Below are positions 1 to 10,200 of a DNA stretch of 64,000 bases, piece by piece; within the stretch, counting starts at the first letter, position 1; the number at the start of each line of letters is the position of its first letter. The translations under genes and the position numbers were made by a program. The stretch comes from a virus (taxonomy: Duplodnaviria; Caudoviricetes). The notes under the pieces are model-generated. The model saw only the letters and a list, made by a program, of their open reading frames with translations, was not told the DNA's origin and did not search any database. The DNA lies in IMG/VR virus record IMGVR_UViG_3300028567_000401, positions 1 to 64,000 of that record; one strand, given 5' to 3'.

Positions 1-3000
1 CATCTTGTGAAAAACCATATGAGACTATACCACTCGCACGATACGTTATTGAATTCGTTGTTGTTAAATCATGCCCATTTTCTGTACTATCATAAAATGT
101 GCCACTAGCCTCTTCAAAATCCCAACATGCAACTAATCCACTAGTAAATGGATTGTGAATTGGTGATGGTGTTATAGATGACGTTCTCGATATTGATATA
201 CTTGGTGTACTGGATACTGATAATGATGGTGTTATAGTATTAGATACAGATAAACTGGGCGTATTTGATACAGATAAACTTGGTGTATTAGATACAGATA
301 AGCTTGGAGTATTTGATATAGATAAACTAGGCGTATTTGATACTGATAATGATGGTGTTATAGTATTAGATACAGATAAACTGGGCGTATTTGATACAGA
401 TAAACTTGGCGTTCTAGTATTAGATACAGATAAACTGGGCGTATTTGATACAGATAAACTTGGCGTGTTAGAAACTGATAAACTTGGAGTGTTTGATACA
501 GATAAGCTTGGAGTATTTGATATAGATAAACTAGGCGTATTTGATACTGATAATGATGGTGTTATAGTATTAGATACAGATAAACTGAGCGTATTTGATA
601 CAGATAAACTTGGTGTATTTGATACAGATAAACTTGGCGTGTTAGAAACTGATAAACTTGGAGTGTTTGATACAGATAAGCTTGGCGTGTTAGAAACTGA
701 TAAACTAGGCGTATTTGATACTGATAATGATGGTGTTATAGTATTAGATACAGATAAACTTGGAGTATTTGATACTGATAATGATGGTGTTATAGTATTA
801 GATACAGATAAGCTTGGAGTATTTGATATAGATAAACTAGGCGTATTTGATACAGATAAACTTGGCGTTCTAGTATTAGATACAGATAAACTGGGCGTAT
901 TTGATACTGATAATGATGGTGTTATAGTATTAGATACAGATAAACTGGGCGTATTTGATACAGATAAACTTGGTGTGTTAGAAACTGATAAACTAGGCGT
1001 ATTTGATACAGATAAACTTGGCGTTCTAGTATTAGATACAGATAAACTGGGCGTATTTGATACTGATAAACTTGGTGTTCTAGATATAGATATTGATGGT
1101 GTTGTTGTTGGTGTTGTTGTTGGCGTTATTGATGGTGTTACAGTTGGGCTTGTTGATGGTGTTGGCGTTGGTGATGCTGGCATACATGTAATGCCATTTC
1201 CATTATTATATAAATAAGTTATATCGGTTTGATTTAATTCTCTAGAAAATATCGCAAACGCATCTACATATCCATATAAGCTATGAATTAAGTCCAAATC
1301 ATTTCCAATCATTGTATATGTTGTATATGATCCGGTATATGATGGCGCATTACTAAAACTTAGAGTGTCAATATAATATCCATCGCCATAAAATTTTAAT
1401 TCATAATTATTATTAAAAGTAATGACTATATGATGCCATAATTGATCCATTACAATATTTATGGCTTTTTGATCTAATACTCCATCATTTATTATACTAA
1501 AATATATACTACCTTCAAGTTCATTATTAAGAACTAAAAACATATAAAAACCACCAGACATATCTTCTTTTATACGACCATATAGTAATCTTATACCTGT
1601 TGAACCAGTCACAACTCTTAACCAAAGAGATATTGAAAACTCTTGTAAGTCAAGGCTATCACCTATAGTTCCGGCATTTCCAATAACAGAATTATTACTA
1701 AGGAAACCAATGGAATAATTATCAACTATTCCAGACGCCTGATAAGTAACATTTATTGAAGCATCTAAATCATTATGATAAGCTGTAGAATCATAAAGTG
1801 TTCCACTTGCTTCTTCACAATTCCAACAAGCTATTAATCCACCTAAATATGGATTAGTGGGTATCGATGGCGTTATCGATGGTGTTCTTGAAATTGACAA
1901 ACTAGGTGTATTTGATATCGACAAACTAGGCGTATTTGATATCGATAAACTAGGTGTATTTGATACAGATAAACTAGGTGTCTGAGTATTGGATACAGAT
2001 AAACTAGGTGTATTTGATACTGATAAACTAGGTGTCTGAGTAATGGATATAGATAAACTAGGTGTATTAGATATTGATTCACTTGGTGTATTAGATATTG
2101 ATAAACTAGGTGTGTTTGATATTGATATACTGGGCGTTTGAGTATTGGATACAGATAAACTAGGCGTATTAGATATTGATAAACTAGGCGTATTTGATAC
2201 AGATAAACTTGGTGTATTAGATACAGATAAACTTGGAGTATTTGATATAGATAAACTTGGCGTATTTGATATTGACAAACTAGGCGTCTGAGTATTAGAT
2301 ACAGATAAACTTGGCGTATTTGATACAGATAAACTTGGTGTATTAGATACAGATAAACTTGGTGTATTAGATATAGATACTGATGGTGTTTGAGTGTTAG
2401 ATACGGATAAACTTGGCGTTTGAGTATTGGATACAGACAAACTTGGTGTATTAGATATAGATACTGATGGTGTTTGAGTGTTAGATACGGATAAACTTGG
2501 TGTGTTAGATACAGATAAGCTAGGCGTATTTGATATTGATATGCTTGGTGTTATCGAACTAGATACAGATAACGATGGTGTTATAGTTGGTGTTGGTGTC
2601 AATGATAACCCAGGTGTCTCAGACATCGATATCGATGGTGTCATAGTACTAGATATTGATAAACTTGGTGTATTAGAAATTGATAAACTAGGTGTCTGAG
2701 TATTGGATACAGATAAACTTGGTGTGTTCGATATTGATTCACTTGGCGTTTGAGTATTAGATACAGATAAACTGGGTGTATTAGATATTGATAAACTAGG
2801 TGTGTTTGATACAGATTCACTAGGCGTTGAAGTATTAGATACAGATAAACTAGGTGTATTTGATATCGACAAACTAGGTGTATTTGATATTGATACACTA
2901 GGCGTGCTTGATATTGATGAAGATGGTGTCTGAGTACTAGAAACAGATAAACTTGGTGTACTAGTAGGTGATACCGATCTTGTTCTAATTGGAGTAAATG

Positions 3001-4204
3001 ATGGTGATGGTGTATTAGAACTCGAAATCGATATTGATGGAGTAGCCGTTTGAGTTGGAGACATAGATGGTGTTGTAGTTGGCGTCTTTGTTCTCGTTGG
3101 TGTTTGTGTTCTCGTTGGTGTTCGTGTTGATGATCTTGATGGTGTATGTGTTATTGTTGGTGTTACTGTTGGAGATACCGAAGGTGTTGGTGGACGCCTT
3201 GATGTCGATGGTGATATACCAGTACTTGGCGTTGTTGTTCTCGATACTGATGGTGTTTGTGAAATAGATGATGATACAGATAATGATGGTGTTCTTGTTC
3301 TTGATGGTGATGGTGTTATTGATGGTGTTCTCTGTGGTGTATGTGATGTTGATGGTGTTACTGAACGTGACGGGAATGATGGTCGATAAAGTGTACTTTC
3401 CGCAACATTTGATGCATAAAATCTAACAGGAGAATCACTACATCCAATTCTAGTATTACTATTATCTTCATAAATAGTATATGTATAATTAGTTTTATCT
3501 ATTACTACTTTATGATACATGTCATTTTCTTCATTAAATGACTGTACATAAGATTTATTGGAATTCAAAAAACTCATTGTACTGCCGTCTAATGCATTAA
3601 AAAACCTAGCAGTCATGTAAAATGTGTTTCCTGAAATAGATGTACCATCAAGAACAGTATCATCCTGAAACCAATATATATACATGTTTTCTTTGTTTCT
3701 ATAATTTGAACCCATGAAAACCGGTACATATACATATTCACCTATTGGTGTATAAAAAATTTTTTCACCAAAAGGTATTGGTAAATGTTTTGTAAAAACT
3801 AATTTTCTATTAATACTACTTGGTTTTTCCCCATCAGGAACTTTATAAAATTCTAATCTAAAAAAACTTGTATTTTCACTTCTCAAAAGTTTTGAATTTG
3901 CTTCTGGTGACAATCCTACATATTCATAATCTAGAGAATATTGTGGTAAATAATTTCCATCAAAAAAGTAAAAATAAAACCAAACATCACATTGTATAAT
4001 TTCTTCACCATTTGTAGTAATAACACAATTATTATGACTATATCTAACAGTTTCAAAATTTACGGCAGGATTTATTATTGACTTGAGAGTTTCGATCTCA
4101 AATTGTTGCATAGATTCTTCCCATCCTACATCTAATCCAAATTTTGTTTCTTGATTTATAAGAATGGTACTATTAGTATTTGTTGTTTGTTGACGAACTC
4201 TCAT
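1..4204 (-). CDS. Large virion-associated protein, 3'-truncated by the window edge (>1400 aa): N-terminal structural domain, long Ser/Thr/Pro repeat stalks and two LamG/ConA-like jelly-roll domains
   Basis: Manual translation from ATG at 4204 (MRVRQQTTNTNSTILINQETKFGLDVGWEESMQQFE...) stayed in one frame in every segment read, down to position 2. It is absent from the ORF track because no stop lies in the window. LamG-like motifs at about 1210-1860 (GLIACWNCEEASG, FSISLWLR, WHHIVITF, AIFSRELNQTDITYLYNNG); a second copy starts at about 165 (GLVACWDFEEASG). Confidence 0.85.
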   Translation of the reverse strand, partial: MRVRQQTTNTNSTILINQETKFGLDVGWEESMQQFEIETLKSIINPAVNFETVRYSHNNCVITTNGEEIIQCDVWFYFYFFDGNYLPQYSLDYEYVGLSPEANSKLLRSENTSFFRLEFYKVPDGEKPSSINRKLVFTKHLPIPFGEKIFYTPIGEYVYVPVFMGSNYRNKENMYIYWFQDDTVLDGTSISGNTFYMTARFFNALDGSTMSFLNSNKSYVQSFNEENDMYHKVVIDKTNYTYTIYEDNSNTRIGCSDSPVRFYASNVAESTLYRPSFPSRSVTPSTSHTPQRTPSITPSPSRTRTPSLSVSSSISQTPSVSRTTTPSTGISPSTSRRPPTPSVSPTVTPTITHTPSRSSTRTPTRTQTPTRTKTPTTTPSMSPTQTATPSISISSSNTPSPSFTPIRTRSVSPTSTPSLSVSSTQTPSSSISSTPSVSISNTPSLSISNTPSLSVSNTSTPSESVSNTPSLSISNTPSLSVSNTQTPSESISNTPSLSVSNTQTPSLSISNTPSLSISSTMTPSISMSETPGLSLTPTPTITPSLSVSSSITPSISISNTPSLSVSNTPSLSVSNTQTPSVSISNTPSLSVSNTQTPSLSVSNTQTPSVSISNTPSLSVSNTPSLSVSNTPSLSVSNTQTPSLSISNTPSLSISNTPSLSVSNTPSLSVSNTPSLSISNTPSLSVSNTQTPSISISNTPSLSISNTPSESISNTPSLSISITQTPSLSVSNTPSLSVSNTQTPSLSVSNTPSLSISNTPSLSISNTPSLSISRTPSITPSIPTNPYLGGLIACWNCEEASGTLYDSTAYHNDLDASINVTYQASGIVDNYSIGFLSNNSVIGNAGTIGDSLDLQEFSISLWLRVVTGSTGIRLLYGRIKEDMSGGFYMFLVLNNELEGSIYFSIINDGVLDQKAINIVMDQLWHHIVITFNNNYELKFYGDGYYIDTLSFSNAPSYTGSYTTYTMIGNDLDLIHSLYGYVDAFAIFSRELNQTDITYLYNNGNGITCMPASPTPTPSTSPTVTPSITPTTTPTTTPSISISRTPSLSVSNTPSLSVSNTRTPSLSVSNTPSLSVSNTPSLSVSNTPSLSVSNTITPSLSVSNTPSLSVSNTRTPSLSVSNTPSLSISNTPSLSVSNTITPSLSVSNTPSLSVSNTITPSLSVSNTPSLSVSNTPSLSVSNTPSLSVSNTPSLSVSNTPSLSVSNTLSLSVSNTITPSLSVSNTPSLSISNTPSLSVSNTPSLSVSNTPSLSVSNTPSLSVSNTRTPSLSVSNTPSLSVSNTITPSLSVSNTPSLSISNTPSLSVSNTPSLSVSNTPSLSVSNTITPSLSVSSTPSISISRTSSITPSPIHNPFTSGLVACWDFEEASGTFYDSTENGHDLTTTNSITYRASGIVSYGFSQD
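170..1190 (-). repeat. Coding tandem repeat array A: 24-bp TPSLSVS(N/K) units with 30-bp variants carrying an extra TI or TR dipeptide
   Basis: Near-identical DNA units such as gatacagataaacttgg and gatactgataatgatggtgttatagtatta recur dozens of times on the + strand. Confidence 0.95.
1865..3400 (-). repeat. Coding tandem repeat array B: TPSLS(V/I)SN units with TQ inserts, grading into a degenerate T/P/S/R linker
   Basis: Recurrent gatacagataaactaggtg and tgagtattggatacagat units at about 1880-2990; low-complexity TPS/RTP sequence to about 3400. Confidence 0.95.
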
Positions 4205-4227
4205 TATAATTTATCCGTTTCTTATAA

Positions 4228-7200
4228 TTATAATCTTTCTGCAATTTTAGTAAACATCCACCAAGCCGCATATGCTTTCATATTAGCATTAAGTGGCTGT
4301 GAATGTGATGAAGCACAATTATACCAATCCACATTTACTGTATGTGAATTCTGCCAATTTATGGCCCAGTTTCCACCATCGTAATTACACCCATCATCTG
4401 CACCAAGATTTAAATAATCAACGCCATTAGGATCATACCTTTCAATATCAGCGAAATCAAATAAAATCCGATTGTTTGTTGCACAATGTGCTCTAATTTG
4501 TTCATTTCTTTGATGTAAATTACCTGATGAACCAGTACCATCAAGATGTCCTGTCATATATACAAATTTAACAGGACGACTAGCATATTCATTTTCAAGA
4601 CTAGCCATTAAACTTAAATAATTTGACATAACAACAGAAGATGATAAATAACTTAATTGCCCACACCATGACCACATTACAACATTGCAATTAGGATGAG
4701 AATTAAGATATGCCCGCGTTTGATTATAAAACGCAGTATAATCGCCACCACCACCTAAATCTGCTCCGCCTCCACCATAAATTCCATGATCATGAATAGA
4801 TAATCTATTTGCACTATGTATATCAGAATTTATAAAATCAAATTTAGGCGAGCCACCCATCACACTATTCATAAGTCCAGTCATACCTTGAATAATTTGT
4901 TCACCATGAGATGTATGTTCATATGCGATTAGTAATTTAGATTTTGCATTAGATATAGACACATCACTAAGGGTATTTAACACAATATATCGCGAAATTG
5001 TGTGATTCGCAATAATTGAACCACCAACAATAGTTGGAGGACTTTGTGTTGGTGTTCTAGATAACGATATTGATGGTGTCCTAGATAATGACATTATTGG
5101 TGTTCTACTTTTCGACGGTGCTGGCTGTGATGCCGATGGTGTTCGTGAATTTGATGGTGTACTCGGTGGCGATACACCTGGTGCTAATGTTTCATATGCT
5201 CCTATATCTGGTGCCCCAAAAATACTTCTACCTTCAATATCATTACTGAATCCAAGATATGCTCCAGCGTTAATTGCTGGTGAACCAGATTGTAAATGAA
5301 AATCATTACCAGAAACAAAAAGAGGATCTGCACTTATTGAATTTATATCTTGTGTTGGATATTTTGCTCTCCATTGTGCAAAAGTAGTATATGTTCCATC
5401 ATCTGTATATGCTAGAATAGCTACATTATATAAATTATTATCAAATGTAAACTTAGGTGTCATATGTGATGGATTGCCATATCTTATTGCTGGATTTGAA
5501 CATGTTTTAAAAATATTATTTTTTATTTCACAGTTAATGATATTTCCGCGATCTACCCATATCATAACATGACGAGCATTAGATGAATCCGGTCTTTGAT
5601 TTACACTCCATGAAGTCGCGTTAACACAAGTATTATTATAAAAATTCACATTTTTCATTGTTACACTTGAATCTTCTGCCCATGTTTCATATTCATAATA
5701 ACAATTCCATATTCTATTATATGACATTTTCACATTGCTCTGGGTAAAGTTTACACCGCCTTGTGGCGAAATACCAGCATCATAACAATCATGTATATTA
5801 TTATATCTTATTTTAAGATCATTTACTCGTTGCCACATTTGAACACCATTACCCATTCTATACGATGGATCACTTGGCACCCACATACCCCCAATCCAAG
5901 AAATATCACAATATTCAACAATTCCATGACTACATCCATTAATGAATATAATTCCGTTATTACCGCTATATCTCACATCTAAATTACGGAGAATAATAAA
6001 ATCAGAATTTGAAACTCGTATAACTTCTTCAGTTGAATATCCATCAGCACAAATATATGCTCCACCTATTTCAATATGTGAATAATACGATCCCGGATTT
6101 GATGTTGAATATAAATAAACAAATCTATCTATTGGACTTATATACCATTGACCCTGTCCTACGCATCCACTTAATGTGGTTCTTTTAATACCACAACTTG
6201 CTTCATTATTAAAAATTAAATTTGCAACATCACTATATGTTGTAACTTGAGTAGTTGTTCGCCAAATATTTCCGCTATACACAGTCCATTGACTTGTAGA
6301 ACTATAATCTTTAGACCCCCATATTCTTGGCTTATTTCCTGTACCATATGCATCAAAAGTTATTGGTTTTGGATTGAATGGCCAGAAATCAACTGCTGCT
6401 AAAATACCATTAGTCAATCGTTGTCGTCCAGAATCAGTAAAACGTAACCCGTCAGTTGTGTCTTCAGCACGCATACTATATGGACTTGTTGGATTTTTCA
6501 TTATAGTATATCCATCTACTACATAATCAACATTTATCGCATTATTTTTAATCCAGTTATTTACATTTTCAAGATTTGTTTGACGTGCTAATGTCCACCA
6601 ACTTGCACTACCGAATGGCGTCAATGTAACAGCTATTACCTTTGCTCCACTATTGCGAGCATTATTATACATTGTTTGTAAATTATTTTGTATTGTTGAT
6701 ACGCTCGTTCCTGCTGATATATCACTTATACCGCCAAATATTATTACGTAATGATGATCACTATTATTAATAACATCAGCACTAAATCTTGATACCATTT
6801 GACTAGTTGTATTATCATTAACTCCCTTATCATATACACGATAAATTGATGTTAATTCAGTTTGTAATTGACTTGGAAATCCACCAGATGTTAAACTATC
6901 ACCTATACAATATATTCCTGTTGTTGGCCCGGCATTTCCACTATTTTTGATATATAAATGTCCTCTAAATGTGTCACCTCTTCTAAAATAAACAGTTGAT
7001 CCTGCAGGAATATTCATTGAATTTATTTTACTTAATGTTCTCCATGGAGAATTAATTGTACCATTTCCACTAATATCATCACCATCCGCTGAAACATAAT
7101 AAGCATTTTCTGGTGATTGTTCTCTTCTACTAGAACTAGGAGTTCGTGATGGGGTTGGTGTTCGACTTGGCGGTTCCGGAGCAACAGTAACAAATTCATA

Positions 7201-10200
7201 TGCTCCAATTGCTGGTGGCGTATTCCATCTATTTCCTGCTCCATCATACGTTAAACCAACATTTACACCTGCACGTAAAAGTTTTGATGATGATGAGGGT
7301 TTTAAAAAATCTAGAACCGGTAATGCCCCATTTACCCTAGGTGCATCCATACCAACTGAAGAAAGAGATTTGAAATCTGAATTCGATAAACTAAGTGGAA
7401 TATCCCATGAATTATGATCGTGAACTATGCCGCTTGAACGAAACGCATCTGGTCTAGCATTATTATAAGAAACATTATTGCGGAATGTTACTGTTCCACT
7501 TCTATAAGTAAAATTAAATAAAAATCCTTGTGAACCATTTCCGTATGATGTATTGTTATACATATTTACATCAACAAATGCACCGTCATCCATAGATTCA
7601 TCAAATCCAATTAATCTATTTTCAAAACATAAACAATTTATGACAGTTCTTTGGATACCAGATTCTCTACCAAACACTTTTCCAAGTTTAATTCCTGATC
7701 CATTTCCATTACCGCCAGGGCCCCATCCATTTTTAAATGCCCAACAAGTATCAAGTGTGATATATCCTCCTCTATAAGAGCCATCTGATGCAAAGAAATC
7801 AAATCCATCATCACTATTTCCCCATGCTCGACATCTAGTTAATGTTAAATGACAAGGCGCACCTGCTTGATAAGATGTTAATGTGAATCCATTTGCATAT
7901 CCTCCAGCATCAGTATAATCATAACAATTATATGCGTCGCAATCAATATAATGATTATAATCACTAAGTCCACTAGAAGAAAAACCATCCCCACAATCAT
8001 GAACAACCATTCGTTCTATTATAAAATGACTTGATCTAAACAATCTAACACCAACAGCAATAGGGCAATTTCTTACTTTGCCATATTCTGTAAAGTTTCG
8101 TATTGTTAATCCTTTTAAATGATAATATGAACAATCTTCAAAATTCAATCCATAATGCCTTGCATTTCCAACAACATCTCTACCATCAAGTATTGGCGTT
8201 TGACCCGGATATGCCCATATTTTTATATAATTCGATGCTGTTCCGCTTCTATTTAATCTCACCGCACCATTATATGCACCACTTATTAATCTATTAGCAG
8301 GATAATAAACACCACCCATTATATATACTGTATCGCCAGCAGTCGCAACATCTAAAGCATGTTGCCATGTTGCCCATGGTTGACTAAAAGTACCGGGATT
8401 CGAATCATTACCATTTGTTGCAACATAATATGCATTAGGAACAACGGTTTCTTCAGGAGGACGTGGATATGTCGAAATAGAAAGTGATATTGTTGGCGTT
8501 CTAGATAAACTTCTACTTGGTGTTGGAGTTGGGCTAGCAACAGTAGTATATTCATATATACCAATACTTGGGGGGTTTCTCCATGCTCTACCATCATAAT
8601 CATTTAATAATCCAACATACACTCCCTGATATATAGCCGGTGATCCTGCTAACAAATGATAATCAGTTCCCATTGAAGCAAATAATGGATTACTCTTAAT
8701 TGTTCTAGCATATGTATAGTTTGATAATGAATTTACAAAATTTATATTAAAAACTGGATCATTATTATTACCATTACCAAACATTATATTATTTCTGATA
8801 AAAATTACATCAGCTAATTGTCGACTATCTTCGCCAAGAATTGCTCCACGATAAAAATTAAGAATAATATTATTATCTATATAAAAGTGAATCATACGAT
8901 TGACTTTTGGAATAACAATTCCATATGCTGATCGTAAATTTGTATTTGGTATGGTTGTTCCTAAACTATGAATAATATTATTTTGTATTTTTACATTTTC
9001 CAATGTTCCTTCATTAGACATTATATCAGAACATTCAATACCCCATGTTTGTAAATCAGTGCCAGATTGGCCTAAATTACTCATTAAATTAGTGTTAATA
9101 TTAATATTATATAATCTATCTATTCCACCAGTATTGTTTCGTAAAAAATATATGGCTTTTGCTACATGATGTATATTATTTTTATATATTTGAAGATATT
9201 CACAAGTTCCTTCTAATAAAATACCTCTCTCCAATGTCATTGGAGTTGTATTCCTACCTATATTATTATTATATATTCTTATCGAATATCCTACTGAATA
9301 ATAATCAACAGCATTATTAATATCAATATCACCCTTTATTCTATTATTATAAATTTCATCACCACCTAAACTAAACCAAGATTCTATAGCACAATCAAAA
9401 GGATACGTATCTGTTTCAATATCATTATGATGAATTTTTGAATTTTTATTATATCCAAGATCCCAATATTTTAATCCAACACCATGACGTTCCTTACAAT
9501 CAATATTATTATTATATATTTCAAATCCATCTTGAGTTCCCCAATAAACAGATCCATATGATCCTCCAGGATATGACGCTGAACAATTAAGTACAAGATT
9601 ATTATAAAATTTATTACCTGTACACCATCCATTATTATCTGGCATTAATGAATGAACACTTTCTTGACTAACAACATAAGGATTATCTAATGTAAATGAA
9701 TCACTTAACTGACCACTAAAATATGCAGCGCCTTGATTAAAGTTAATAAATTCACAATCATATATATGAACATTACATCTAAAACTAACTCCAATAGCAA
9801 TTAATCCAGTTCTATCTCCATCAAATCGTATACCTGATATTGATTGATTCCCATATACTGATCTACATGGGTCGCTAGATTCTAATTTAATACATGGATA
9901 ATCAGAATCATATGTTAATTTTAATGTAACTAAATTTTTACCCGCACCCATAATACTTACACTATGTGTCAATAACATTTGTCCAGTTTCTATGTAATTC
10001 CCCGGATTCAAATAAATTGTTGTACCACCTTGTGTTACTTGAGTAGTGGCATAATGTAATGTTCTCCACGGATTATTAATTGTTCCTGTTCCTGTAACAT
10101 CATTTCCATTAGGATCGACATAATAATATTCTGCTGTAGATGCTCTTGGAGACGGCGTTCTCGATGGCGTTGGTGAAGGACTTGGGCTTAGTATTTCAAC

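Noticed and set aside
1205-1216. TATTTATA motif on the - strand near 1210
   Set aside because: Lies inside the coding sequence (YLYNNG) with no downstream start; expected by chance in AT-rich DNA.
465-1217. 250-aa + strand ORF of DTDKLGVF repeats, plus similar small ORFs at 1873-3267
   Set aside because: Antisense or alternative-frame shadows of the TPSLSVS repeat gene. The + frame is broken by TGA wherever the - gene has TQ inserts, and the - frame links to real globular domains.
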